Under the pieces are notes generated by a model. It saw only the letters and a program-made list of their open reading frames with translations, was not told the origin of the DNA and did not search any database. Below, in pieces: positions 52,995-62,583 of a stretch of DNA of 64,000 bases. The position numbers and the translations under genes are program-made. Each line of letters opens with the position of its first letter. Positions within the stretch are counted from its first letter, which is position 1. This DNA is from a virus, in IMG/VR virus record IMGVR_UViG_3300032288_003949, positions 16,926 through 80,925 of that record, one strand, 5' to 3'.

Positions 52995-54016
52995 TCTGGC
53001 GGCTGGACGCCGTCCTCTCCCCATGTATACCAGCCGCCTCTTGGCTTGCGAGCGAACATGTCGATGCGCGGGCCAGGACTGCAGGTTTCGATGAGGTCGT
53101 AGAACTCATCCGGCTTCTCGCTGTGGCGCTTTCCTCTCGGTGCCTCAAACCAAGTTCCGACATCTGCGCGGTCAAGCTGGAGGGAGCCGCGTACTCCGAA
53201 GAGCACATGCTCGGTGTTGTTGCGGTAGTAGTTGCCGACTCCGATGCTCGGCTTTACCCATGTGATCGCTGTGATGTAGCGGAAGCCCCACGCTTCCATC
53301 AGGTCGAAGCCTTTCGGCAGCGAGCGGTTTGTGATCCAGAGGTAGAGATGGGCGTTCTCCGCAGCGAGATGTGGCACCTCTAGATCGCGGATGGCTTCGT
53401 AGGGCATGGTGGCGTAGGTCGGCTTCGTTCGGCCAAACTGGTTCTGGTCGCCTTCGTCGCCGTGATCCCAAGGTGGGTCTATGACGAGTGTTGAGAAGAT
53501 GCCGCCTTCCTTTATGGCGGCCTTCAGTGATGGTGCCTTCTCGATTTTCCGCTCGTTTTCTTTCCGTTCTTGGCCTTGTGCTAGCGCCTTGGCCAGCCGC
53601 AGGAGGTCACGCTCGCTGGGGCCCTCTTTCACTGCATTCTCAAAGTTCTTCTCTGGGATCTCGGCGATTTTCTGCCATTTACTTGACTGATCGCGGGTAA
53701 TGCCGAGGTCGGGCAGCGAAGTATTGTCGTGTTGGACGACCTTTTTCGGCCTGCCTGCCTTGACCGTGTCTTTTAGGATTTCTCCGGCCTTCCGCTCCGC
53801 TCGGAGGCGAATCTCGTTGCATCGCTTCTGTAGGATCCCGCCGTATTCGACTCGCTTTGCATATGTTTCCAGCGCCTCCGCCTTGTCTCTGATCTCTTTC
53901 ACTTGGCGAACGGTTGTAGCTTCTTCGATGGCAGCTTGCGCTCGGTCAAGCAGCGCGAGTTCTCTTGCCTGCTGCTGGCGCTCCAGTTTCGTAAGGCTTT
54001 CGATGCTATGAGGCAT
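52991..54016 (-). CDS. MT-A70 family N6-adenine methyltransferase with N-terminal helical/HTH domain
   Basis: VIDPPW, HLYLW, WGFRY..TWVK, TEHVLFG, HSEKP, IDMFAR..W.TWG. Confidence 0.9.
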   Translation of the reverse strand: MPHSIESLTKLERQQQARELALLDRAQAAIEEATTVRQVKEIRDKAEALETYAKRVEYGGILQKRCNEIRLRAERKAGEILKDTVKAGRPKKVVQHDNTSLPDLGITRDQSSKWQKIAEIPEKNFENAVKEGPSERDLLRLAKALAQGQERKENERKIEKAPSLKAAIKEGGIFSTLVIDPPWDHGDEGDQNQFGRTKPTYATMPYEAIRDLEVPHLAAENAHLYLWITNRSLPKGFDLMEAWGFRYITAITWVKPSIGVGNYYRNNTEHVLFGVRGSLQLDRADVGTWFEAPRGKRHSEKPDEFYDLIETCSPGPRIDMFARKPRGGWYTWGEDGVQPPE

Positions 54017-54203
54017 CTGGGACCTCCTTGGCGGTGACGACCTTGCGGCCTTCCAGTGCCGCTGCGAGTTCCGGTGCCATCTCCGCAGGTATGACGATCT
54101 GAGCGGTCAGGCCGTCTATCGATTCGACTTCCAGCACTTTCACTGGCACCTTCTCGCCTTTCGGCCCCTTCATCTCAGCTTCTGCGACATTTATGCGTGG
54201 CAT
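54006..54203 (-). CDS. Hypothetical protein
   Basis: TGATG coupling. Confidence 0.65.
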   Translation of the reverse strand: MPRINVAEAEMKGPKGEKVPVKVLEVESIDGLTAQIVIPAEMAPELAAALEGRKVVTAKEVPDAS

Positions 54204-55441
54204 CAGGTCCTCTTTCGGTTTAGGCTCTCGTCCAGAGCGTTCATCAGGTCTGCATCGTCTGGCATATCGGCGCTGTCGACGCGGCTGTGCTGGTCGAACC
54301 GAGCAGTCGTCTGGACTTCGTAGAGGTCTTCGACTCGTATGTCGGCTCCCTGCTGTGCCAAGGCTGTCTCCAGTTGCTCCTTTGTCGGACGCTTCGTGCG
54401 GGTGGACTCGCGGTATCCCAGCACACGGTTCGGATCCTTAGCGTGGCGCACTGGGATTGGGCCACGCGCTCCCGCCCAAGCCTTCAGCGCCTTGTCTCGC
54501 TGGTTGACCGCAGCTTTGGCAACGATCTGCTCTGCTGCCCAGCGCTCGGCGGTTTCTTCGTTGGTTATCGCTCCGTCCACTCTCGCTGCGGGGAAGATCG
54601 GGCAGCTTGCCGGTCGTGGGCAGAAGGCGCAGTGTGCTCCTGGAGATGGCGTGAACAGGTATGGTGCTTCTCCATCTTCCAGCGGCCACTTCCCGAGCTC
54701 CCATGTTCTGTCCCAGCGTTCTACGAGGGCGCTCAGTTCTTCTTCGATGTTGGCCATGTCGGTGCGGAAGACTGTCGCTTCTCGGCTCTCGGAGTAGCGC
54801 ACATAGTGTTCGCGCAGCGTCACGCGCTGTATCGACTCGTAGCGTCGCATCACTAGGTAGGCGTAGAACCGCTGCTGGAAGTAGCCGCTGCCGCTTAGGT
54901 CTGTTGCAGGTGGTAGGGACCACGAGTCTTTCCAGTCGATCACGACCGCCCAATCTGGTTCTGGGATGAAGAGCGCGTCCAAGGCTCCTGTGATCGTGCG
55001 CGGCACCTGTCCGATCTCCGGATGCTCGTAGGTGATTTCCGCGTCTAGCCGCTGTTCGATGTCGGCTAGGTATTGGATGTCGAACACATTGTCGTGGGCC
55101 CACTTGACCACTACCCAGCGCAGGTCTTTGACTTGCGAGAAGGGGATGTTCACCACTTCTTCGTCTGGCACATCGTGCTGTCGAAGGCACTCTCGGAGAA
55201 TGGCGAGCGCGTCTTCGGGGTCGATTGTTCCCTCGCCGAATTCTGCCATCTGCGCCAGCGCTTTGGCTGCGAACCGATGGAAGATTTGGCCGCGACCTTG
55301 TGGATGTCCTGACCAGTCTTTCCTGTATTCCTCGTCGAACCGCGACAGCAGGGCGCACTGGTCGAAGGTAGCGAGCCTGCTCTGGCGCAGTTTCGGGAAG
55401 CGCTCTACTGCCTTGGGGTATGGATTGGGCTTATCTGTCAT
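54203..55441 (-). CDS. PD-(D/E)XK (RecB/Cas4-like) exonuclease
   Basis: SRL..FDQC; G.IFH; GALD..IDWK; QQRFYA; CAFCP...CP. Confidence 0.88.
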   Translation of the reverse strand: MTDKPNPYPKAVERFPKLRQSRLATFDQCALLSRFDEEYRKDWSGHPQGRGQIFHRFAAKALAQMAEFGEGTIDPEDALAILRECLRQHDVPDEEVVNIPFSQVKDLRWVVVKWAHDNVFDIQYLADIEQRLDAEITYEHPEIGQVPRTITGALDALFIPEPDWAVVIDWKDSWSLPPATDLSGSGYFQQRFYAYLVMRRYESIQRVTLREHYVRYSESREATVFRTDMANIEEELSALVERWDRTWELGKWPLEDGEAPYLFTPSPGAHCAFCPRPASCPIFPAARVDGAITNEETAERWAAEQIVAKAAVNQRDKALKAWAGARGPIPVRHAKDPNRVLGYRESTRTKRPTKEQLETALAQQGADIRVEDLYEVQTTARFDQHSRVDSADMPDDADLMNALDESLNRKRT

Positions 55442-56277
55442 TCGACGATTTCAGCGTCGGCGACTTCTTCTCCGATGGCCTCGCGTATCTCGGCAAGCAC
55501 TTCTCTGCGCTTCCCGTCGTCGCCTGCTCCGTGCAGCAGCGCAGCGACCTTGGCTGGCCGCCACTGGTCAGGGTTGGCCGCCTGTGCCTGCTGGATGGCC
55601 TCCTGCAGTTCCTTGGCGAGTTCGGGGTCGTCGCCATAGCTCGGCTCGCTGTTGACCGCCGTAAGGTTTGTCGGCGGGCGCGTGTCCACCTCTGCCTCTC
55701 CGACAATCCCGCTGATGCTGTATGCCTTTCGCAGCGCATAGCTCTCGGCCACCTTCAGGATCATTGAGCTCGGATACTGTTTCCATGTGGGCGACTGCTT
55801 CCGGTATTCGCTCAGCGGGGCGTAGAAGTAGGTTTGGCCCTTGCCCTGTCGCTCCACCATCGACCACGCGCCCACCACTTCGCCGCGAGCTGCTTCGTCG
55901 CCGTAGCTGTGCTTTATGGACCGCTGGCCGTTCTCAAAGCTGGCCTGAAACTCGTCGCCCTTGCGGACCACATCGCCGTCCATGCGAACGAAGTCGGGCT
56001 GCCTGTGCGCGTGTGCCAGCAGACCGTCGCGGGACACGATGATGCTCACTCCGCCGCCGCCCATCTTGGCTGCGTAGGCTTGCTTTGCGAACGGGTCTAG
56101 CTCGTAGCGAGCGCAGACCTCTAGGAACATGACCAGCTCTGCGTCGGTGCAGTCCTTGGCGACGGTCGACTTTATCGCCTGCACTTGCTCCGGCGCGAAG
56201 CCGTAGCGAGCGGGTTGCAGGATTGAGGTGTCGTCTGAGCGAACGACAATGTCTTCGGTGCTGTCGGGCTTATTCAC
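55438..56277 (-). CDS. bet: Bet/RecT single-strand annealing protein
   Basis: ELVMFL.VC..Y.LDPF.KQ.Y; W..YP..MI.KVAE..ALRKA. Confidence 0.88.
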   Translation of the reverse strand: MNKPDSTEDIVVRSDDTSILQPARYGFAPEQVQAIKSTVAKDCTDAELVMFLEVCARYELDPFAKQAYAAKMGGGGVSIIVSRDGLLAHAHRQPDFVRMDGDVVRKGDEFQASFENGQRSIKHSYGDEAARGEVVGAWSMVERQGKGQTYFYAPLSEYRKQSPTWKQYPSSMILKVAESYALRKAYSISGIVGEAEVDTRPPTNLTAVNSEPSYGDDPELAKELQEAIQQAQAANPDQWRPAKVAALLHGAGDDGKRREVLAEIREAIGEEVADAEIVE

Positions 56278-56341
56278 AGGTTCTCCTTCAAGTAGTCGGG
56301 TGCAGTAGTGGGGAGGCTAGGTTCCGTGCCGGACGGAACGA

Positions 56342-56368
56342 CAAAGGCCGCCCCGAAGGACGGCCTGT
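56342..56368 (-). terminator. Intrinsic terminator after lysis genes
   Basis: Minus strand AGGCCGTCC-TTCG-GGGCGGCCT-TTGT. Confidence 0.65.
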
Positions 56369-56482
56369 CGACAACCGCGAGGTGTCTGCTGCGCTGTGCA
56401 ACCCGACCAGGGCCCCCTATGAGGGGAGCGCGAGCGACGGTTGTGTTGCCGAGAATACAACTCTCGGCAGCGGAGCCGCGTC

Positions 56483-56650
56483 CTAACTATTCGGGACGAG
56501 GTATACCGCTATGGCGGTGATCACAGCGACAGCCTCCGCTGCAACTCCAGAATCCAGAACTCCAACCGCGACAGCCAACCCAACGGCTGCGACGAGGAAC
56601 TTCCTGACCGCCTTGACCTTCGGTGCGTTCTCTTTAATCCAATCGAGCAC
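56483..56650 (-). CDS. Holin (2 TM)
   Basis: AAGGAG then GTG; RKFLVAAVG..AIAVYLVPN; follows lysozyme. Confidence 0.8.
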   Translation of the reverse strand: MLDWIKENAPKVKAVRKFLVAAVGLAVAVGVLDSGVAAEAVAVITAIAVYLVPNS

Positions 56651-56667
56651 TTTGCGTCTACTCCTTT

Positions 56668-57249
56668 CTACTTCGTGGTGAACAGCTTGCCCTCGGCCTT
56701 GCGGCGAGTGACGAGACCTGGGAGTTTCTGGCCGGATGCGTAGACCCACTTGTTGAGTTCGCTCGGCACGGCCTTGTAGTTCCCCCTGTTTAGCTCCTTG
56801 AGCAAGGTGCTGCTGATGAAGGCTCCGTTGCCCACATTGTAGGCGAAGCTCACCAGAGCATCTAGCTGGTTCTGGGTGAGATCGACCTGCACCACATCCA
56901 GAATCACCTGTGCGTTGTCGTCGGCTTCGTTTTGGAGCATCTCCAGCGCTTCAGCCTTGGTCACACCATCTTTCCAGCGTTTCTTGTCGGTTGCGTCGCA
57001 TGGGCCTAGGTGCAGCAGCGTTCCGTAGCCGATGGTGCAGTGGCCGACGGGATCGTTATAGGGCTTGGGATAGAAGCCTTCGAATTCGGCAATCAGTTCA
57101 GCACCTGCCTGCGACAGACCTGTCGGCTGTGCCTGAGCTTCCTTCTCTCGCCTTATCGCCCGCAGCAAGTGTGCGACGCGACGGCGAGCTCGCAGTAGTC
57201 GACGGCGTAGGCGCTGCAGCCGCGACAAACCGCGATCAAGCTTCGTCAT
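56668..57249 (-). CDS. GH24 lysozyme endolysin with Arg-rich N-terminal helix
   Basis: FEGF..PYND.VG.CTIGYG; Q.DALVSFAYNVG; W.YA.G..LPGLVTRR.AE. Confidence 0.92.
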   Translation of the reverse strand: MTKLDRGLSRLQRLRRRLLRARRRVAHLLRAIRREKEAQAQPTGLSQAGAELIAEFEGFYPKPYNDPVGHCTIGYGTLLHLGPCDATDKKRWKDGVTKAEALEMLQNEADDNAQVILDVVQVDLTQNQLDALVSFAYNVGNGAFISSTLLKELNRGNYKAVPSELNKWVYASGQKLPGLVTRRKAEGKLFTTK

Positions 57250-57608
57250 AGCTCCTTCTTCGACGGCTTGACCTTCGACGGGTTGAAGGCAAGGTGAAGG
57301 TGATCGTAGTGGCCGGAGCTTCGCCAGATCGGGCCTTCGATCAGCTTGCGCGAGAACCGTAGCCGCAGCCAGAGCGAGAGTTTGTCCAGCTTCGACCAGT
57401 TGCCGTCGTTTGGCACGAAGTCGACTGCGTAGCCTTTCGTGTGCCACGAGTTCGGCGCTCCGCCGATGGCGGCGTTGTGGGCAGGGGTGCGGTAGAGCGA
57501 GGTCATGGTCAGGCCGAACTTGGCAGCGATTCGCTTGCCGTATTCGTATGAAGTCTGCGGGCGTTCGCCGCGAGGGAAAACTCCGCGCCTTTTCCGCTTT
57601 CTGGCCAT
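57246..57608 (-). CDS. Peptidase M15A-like cell-wall peptidase
   Basis: TSLYRTPAHNAAIGGAPNSWH..G.AVD..HYDHLH. Confidence 0.85.
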   Translation of the reverse strand: MARKRKRRGVFPRGERPQTSYEYGKRIAAKFGLTMTSLYRTPAHNAAIGGAPNSWHTKGYAVDFVPNDGNWSKLDKLSLWLRLRFSRKLIEGPIWRSSGHYDHLHLAFNPSKVKPSKKEL

Positions 57609-57610
57609 AC

Positions 57611-58132
57611 CTACATCATAGGCGGTTCGGGCATCTCGTCGGGGATGAGTCCCGCCAGACGCAAGCTCTGTCTCCATGCGGGTTCGTCTTCTGGCCTTGC
57701 CCCGTTTTCTACCCATTCGCCCCATTCGGTGACCTTCTGATGGTCTGCAACGAAGCAGCGCACATTGCCTGTGTCGCGCTCCACTTCCATGCTTATGTCC
57801 CGCGAGAAGCCCATGCCTGCGAGATATGTGGCGAGCCATCCACGCGGATCCTCTGCTGTGATGATCATGTCGCCGTCGAAGAAGCGCTCGGTGACTTCCT
57901 GCGCCTTGCTCGCTGCGAACGAAAGGAATCCCTGCCCTTGTTTCCACATGACCAGCGTCTTGAAGACCAGCGTCGGCGGTGTGTATTCGAATATCCACTC
58001 GCCGATCTCCGGCCATGTGAAGGTAATACTCTTGCCGTCGTCGTTCGACGCTTCGGGCTTTACGCCGTGGAAGGTGGCCATCGTTCGGGCTTCCTCCAGC
58101 GATCCCTTGCCATGGACTTCTTCAAAGCTCAT
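57611..58132 (-). CDS. Hypothetical tail-region protein
   Basis: ATGA coupling after tail-fibre genes. Confidence 0.7.
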   Translation of the reverse strand: MSFEEVHGKGSLEEARTMATFHGVKPEASNDDGKSITFTWPEIGEWIFEYTPPTLVFKTLVMWKQGQGFLSFAASKAQEVTERFFDGDMIITAEDPRGWLATYLAGMGFSRDISMEVERDTGNVRCFVADHQKVTEWGEWVENGARPEDEPAWRQSLRLAGLIPDEMPEPPMM

Positions 58133-59448
58133 AGCTTCACCATGTCAAGCTGATAGTCGGCTTGGAGGGTGACTGTTCCGCCGTCGCCAGGGGCTGCGTT
58201 AATTTGGAACTTCATCGTGTCTGTGCTTCCGTCGAAGCTGCTGATGTTGAATAGTTGGACCGTATGATATTGAGAGTCTTCGGAGGTTTCGCCGGTTTGC
58301 GCCACGGCGCGGTCGACTACGGTGCTGTTCTTGAGTAGCCGACCGCGAACATCGCTTCGAACGGCGTTGCTCTGGACGGTGTAGGTGCAGATTGTCAGGT
58401 AAACACCTGCTGTGGTCGGTGTGAGCGTGTCGCCCGCTTGTGTAATCGTGGTGCTGACCGTTACGCTTGGGTTCGTTGCCGACGCGAAGGTTGTGGCAGG
58501 TCGCCTCCTGCTATCTAGGCTTGTGCTGCTCGCTGCGTTTCCCAGCGTAGCGTCGCCCCCGACGACGAAGTAGCTCAGGCGGCTGCCGCTAGAAAGGTAG
58601 TTCTGGTTTGCGCGATTGACTTGTGATCGTGCCGCGAGTTTCAGGCTCTCGCTGCCGTTGAAGGTAGTCAGGCCATGCAGTGGGATGGTGTGGTCTGCCG
58701 TCGTGACGGTCTTAATTTCTCGTTCGCCGCGTCCTCCGATGTCGGCGTAGCCTCCGATGGTGCTGTCGTCTTTCGTGAGCTTGACCGAGATCAGGTCTTC
58801 GTCGGCTCCTGTGTTCACTGCACAGTTTCCCAAGGCCAGAACCGTCGCATTGGCGGGTGGTGTGAGCGTCGCATAGGTGGTGTAGTAGTTGGCCAGTTTG
58901 TTCTGTGTGGTCGTTGTCGCCCCGTTTAGGTAGTCCAGATTGCCTACTGTTGTAGCTGTTGAGCTCAGGGTTCCGAGCGCATTGCCGCCATTCAGCCGGA
59001 TGGCAACCATTCGTGAGTCACCGTAGGTCGCGTCGGACCCAGACACGGCTGTCCCGTTGCCGTCTGTCCAGTAGACATCAAGTGTGATCGATGTTGTCGA
59101 TGCGACTGTTATGAATCCATGTAGCGAGATTGGTTTGCCGGTTCCTGTGCTGGCATATCCCGCATCCGTGCCGCGCTCATCTGAGCGGTAGGCGACGCTC
59201 TCTAGAACGGTGCTGCCGTTGCGAAACGCAACCGTGGCGTAGCATGGCACACTGTTGTCGCTGACATTTCCGAGCGCCGCCCTGCCGATTACAAGCCAAG
59301 TCCCGCTCGTCAGTGAGATCGTGGCTGCGTTTGTCCAGACTCCCGTCGAAACCTTGGCGAAGCTGCTGCCGACCGCTGCGGCTGTCGTAGGCGCGGTTAC
59401 ATAGCTCGCTGGAATCGCGGCAGCAGACGACTCGGCACCGAGTGCCAT
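58129..59448 (-). CDS. Tail fibre / receptor-binding protein with three beta-sandwich repeats
   Basis: T/S/G-rich; SGTWLV, ATVLALG and AGVYLT repeats. Confidence 0.7.
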   Translation of the reverse strand: MALGAESSAAAIPASYVTAPTTAAAVGSSFAKVSTGVWTNAATISLTSGTWLVIGRAALGNVSDNSVPCYATVAFRNGSTVLESVAYRSDERGTDAGYASTGTGKPISLHGFITVASTTSITLDVYWTDGNGTAVSGSDATYGDSRMVAIRLNGGNALGTLSSTATTVGNLDYLNGATTTTQNKLANYYTTYATLTPPANATVLALGNCAVNTGADEDLISVKLTKDDSTIGGYADIGGRGEREIKTVTTADHTIPLHGLTTFNGSESLKLAARSQVNRANQNYLSSGSRLSYFVVGGDATLGNAASSTSLDSRRRPATTFASATNPSVTVSTTITQAGDTLTPTTAGVYLTICTYTVQSNAVRSDVRGRLLKNSTVVDRAVAQTGETSEDSQYHTVQLFNISSFDGSTDTMKFQINAAPGDGGTVTLQADYQLDMVKL

Positions 59449-60605
59449 CAGGCGAAGATTCCCACTTGCTTCAGGTCGTAGATGACCGTCGCGAGCACTT
59501 GGGCGACTTCGTTCAGCGTCGTAGAATCGATGTCAAGGCTTGTGTCTCGGTCGCCGCTGTCGAATGCTGTTGGGCTGGTGTCTGTGATCGTGTAGGTCGG
59601 GGCAGCGGCTGGTGTTGCTCCGTTTGCGGCGAAGTAGCCTTCGACCTTCAGGTGGGCATCGCCGCCTGAGCTGCCATCGTCGATGGTGAGCGTATTGGCT
59701 GCGCTGCGCCTGATCCGCACATCCGCGCTCGCGGATCCGCTTCCCCACGAAGCTGAGCCGTCGGCAGTGATCGTGAGCCGCCTGTCCGAGTCTCCTGCCA
59801 CCAGAGTGCCAACCGCAGCGGTTGAAGTGCTCGCTCGGCTGACCGTGAGCAGGTCGTCCGTTTGCAGGTTGTTCGCGGCTTGACGATAGAGCGTCACATC
59901 TCCGCCTATCGTGAGTCCTACTCCTGCGGTCGTGTTGCTCAGGTTTATCGTGTCGTTTCCGCCATTGCCGCTAAGCACAAGTCCATCGGTATCGGAGATG
60001 GTCAGGCCGCCTGTCAGCGTTGTATCGCCGTCTGCTTCGACATTCAGCACATTAGTTCCGGTATCGGTTTGCACCTGAAATAGGTCGGCGGTTTGAGATG
60101 ATGCTCCGCGAGCCGTGAGCGCGACCTGTGCGGCTTGGTTCGATGTGGCGAAGATCGGCAGGTCGCTTCTTGTGACGGAGCCGACTGTCGCTCGGAGTGC
60201 GACTATGGCGCTCCCGCTCACATCCACCTCTCCAACCTTTCGGTAGGCAGCCGTTGTGGGCGTTCCAGATGACTTCAGCTCTAGCCCGAAGGTGTAGACG
60301 GTCGGCGAGTCGGGGTCTGGTGTGCCGGAGAAGTCATTGGCGCTCGCTGTTGCATAGATTGACGCGGTTCCGGATGAGATGGCTCCGAGCGATGCCGTGA
60401 CTGTGCTGGTGTTGTAGCGGTAGAGCCCATCGATGGCAATCGCGGCCTGATCGTTGCCCGATCCCGCCGGAACCTCTACAGCGGTTCCACTTGAAGCGAC
60501 TCGCAGCCGGAAGCTGGGAGCTGCCGCGCCGAGCAGTTCTTGAATGGGATCAAAGAAGCCTTCGTGGACTGGATCGCCGTCGTCTAGCGGAAAGTGCTGG
60601 GTCAT
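59448..60605 (-). CDS. Tail fibre protein
   Basis: ATGA-coupled start MTQHFP; T/S/G-rich; follows baseplate genes. Confidence 0.75.
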   Translation of the reverse strand: MTQHFPLDDGDPVHEGFFDPIQELLGAAAPSFRLRVASSGTAVEVPAGSGNDQAAIAIDGLYRYNTSTVTASLGAISSGTASIYATASANDFSGTPDPDSPTVYTFGLELKSSGTPTTAAYRKVGEVDVSGSAIVALRATVGSVTRSDLPIFATSNQAAQVALTARGASSQTADLFQVQTDTGTNVLNVEADGDTTLTGGLTISDTDGLVLSGNGGNDTINLSNTTAGVGLTIGGDVTLYRQAANNLQTDDLLTVSRASTSTAAVGTLVAGDSDRRLTITADGSASWGSGSASADVRIRRSAANTLTIDDGSSGGDAHLKVEGYFAANGATPAAAPTYTITDTSPTAFDSGDRDTSLDIDSTTLNEVAQVLATVIYDLKQVGIFA

Positions 60606-61144
60606 ATTGTGTCTCCTACCTCGCTGCCGACGCGGAATCCGCCGACTGTCCATGTGATGTTTGTAGAGCTTGGGTATCCAAAGTCAAGGTGTGCTGGCAG
60701 TGCTCGGCGGAGGTATTCGATCAGGACTCCAGCTCGGTAGTCTGCTGGGTCGACTGGAATGCGGAAGCTTATTTCGTAGCTGCCAGGGTCGTTTTCTGAG
60801 TATCTCCAGTTTGCAGTGCCGATGATGGCAGTTATAATTCCGCCCCAGCCTGTGCCTGCGTTGAGCGTTCGTGACCGCAGTGCCGCGAGCACTACTTCCC
60901 TGCGGCTTGACTCCGATTGTGCGGGGTCAACTGGTAGGTCAAGCCATGTCTCCCAATAGGTCAGGTATTCGCCTGATGTCGTGTCTGGGAACAGTCCCGT
61001 TCGGACTTCGGCCACGAAGTCATCGATTCGGGTTATTTCCCTTGCGACCGCATCGACGAGCGCAGAGATGTAGGGATCATCCTGCTCGTATGGCGGGAGA
61101 TCGGCGAGAAGTTCCTGCCCTTTTGCACTCAGCGTAGTGGCCAT
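60602..61144 (-). CDS. Baseplate protein (gpI/XkdU/DUF2313-like)
   Basis: LPPY; L..WE..L.L....S...RR; R.LPAHL. Confidence 0.8.
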   Translation of the reverse strand: MATTLSAKGQELLADLPPYEQDDPYISALVDAVAREITRIDDFVAEVRTGLFPDTTSGEYLTYWETWLDLPVDPAQSESSRREVVLAALRSRTLNAGTGWGGIITAIIGTANWRYSENDPGSYEISFRIPVDPADYRAGVLIEYLRRALPAHLDFGYPSSTNITWTVGGFRVGSEVGDTI

Positions 61145-61188
61145 GGATAGAGCATAAAGGCGGAGTCGGCACTCCGCCCAACTGGGTG

Positions 61189-62583
61189 CTAGGCCAGCGT
61201 GATCGTGCCGATTTCAGGCACTTGGCTTGCCGTGACGGTCAGGTTTGTTGCCGACGCGTTGAGCTGCGTGTTGCTCACCGAGTAGATGCCAGGGACTCGG
61301 AACAGTTCTGCTTCGACGCGCTTCAGCAGCACCACGCCGCTTCCAGCTGGTGATTCAGCGCCAGGTGGGTTCTCTCCGCCAGGTGGCAGCCCATTTATGT
61401 AGGCGGTCAGCACTTCTTCGACATCTGCGGTGACATCGATTGTCCCTGCGAGCCCGTCTGTTGAGTAGCCGTCTTGCAGCGACAGCGTCACCGACACATT
61501 GACGGTCAGCGTTGTCGGCGTGGCGACGGTCACCATGGCTCCGACGGGAGCGAGGCCCAAGCCCAGCCCATGCTGGACTACTTGCGTGTTGTCGCTTAGG
61601 TTTCCGGTGTAGGTTGCCGTGCAGCCGGTAAAGGTCGTGCTGCTCAGTCCTGTGTAGTTCACGAGATAGCCGCCCACATAGATGCGGCCTGAGCTAGTGA
61701 AGCCTGTGGTGCTGTCGACCGTGATCGTTCCGGTTGTGCTTAGGTTCGTGATTGCTCCGTTGGTCAGTGTTTCAGCGGAGAATGGGTCTATCAGGGCCTG
61801 CACTTCATCTCGGACTGTTGTGCTGACGGGATTGTTGTCTACATCTGTGATCACCACGCGCACGGTTCCAGCGCCGTCGTAGAGCGGGCCGACTCTGACA
61901 TTTCCGACGCCTGCATAACTGAGCGCCCAGCGCTCGTAGTCGGCCACGGATCCCGATCCTTGTGTTGCCGACCATGCTCGCTTCAGGCGGTCGCGGTAGT
62001 CCTCGTCGGATTCCGTGTCAGAGCCACCCGTGAAGGCTGAGCTGGTCACGCTTGCAAGACCTGCGACGGGCGAGAGAATCAGATCGATGGCGGCGCTTGC
62101 CACATTGCTCGCGGATCCCGACTCTGCTGCCACTGCTGCGACGGTCAGGGTTCCACCTGCGACGGTTCCACCTGCTGTTGTTACGAACGATGGCGGCTCG
62201 TCGTCAGGGTTGTCTTGGGTTACGCCAACTTCTACACCTGCTGGGACAACCGTGCCGTTAGTGCCGGTGAAGGTGACGGTTCCGGTTGCGAAGGTCGGCT
62301 CCTTACGGGGAATGTCAAGCGTCGATCCGTGGTCGTCAAGGTAGTCGCCCCATGAGTATTCGACCAGTGCAGCGGCTGGGATGTCGGTGCTAGCCATGTC
62401 CCAGAGCCGTTCTAGCTCCAGCGCGATGGCGGTGCGGACATCTGCGTAGAAGCTTCCTGGAGTGGTGTCGATGAAGGCTTCATCTTCGGGCTCCACGCCT
62501 GCGTTTACATCGGCATCGATTCGTGCCGTGATGCTGTCGACCGTTTCAGATCGCAGCGGAATAAAGTTCTGGATGTCAGCCAA
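61189..62583 (-). CDS. Baseplate J protein
   Basis: YLD.HG..RK..ATGTVTFTG; GGSDTESDEDYRDR; GS.ADY.RWA; G.GTV.V. Confidence 0.92.
   Translation of the reverse strand: MADIQNFIPLRSETVDSITARIDADVNAGVEPEDEAFIDTTPGSFYADVRTAIALELERLWDMASTDIPAAALVEYSWGDYLDDHGSTLDIPRKEPTFATGTVTFTGTNGTVVPAGVEVGVTQDNPDDEPPSFVTTAGGTVAGGTLTVAAVAAESGSASNVASAAIDLILSPVAGLASVTSSAFTGGSDTESDEDYRDRLKRAWSATQGSGSVADYERWALSYAGVGNVRVGPLYDGAGTVRVVITDVDNNPVSTTVRDEVQALIDPFSAETLTNGAITNLSTTGTITVDSTTGFTSSGRIYVGGYLVNYTGLSSTTFTGCTATYTGNLSDNTQVVQHGLGLGLAPVGAMVTVATPTTLTVNVSVTLSLQDGYSTDGLAGTIDVTADVEEVLTAYINGLPPGGENPPGAESPAGSGVVLLKRVEAELFRVPGIYSVSNTQLNASATNLTVTASQVPEIGTITLA

Noticed and set aside
54203-55441. Cas4-like protein as CRISPR component
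   Set aside because: Paired with Bet as an ordinary phage exonuclease-annealase module.
46005-57447. Long track starts for ParB (46418), initiator (52286), nuclease (53024), holin (56749) and lysozyme (57447)
   Set aside because: Extensions overlap neighbouring real genes; coupled or RBS-supported starts lie downstream.
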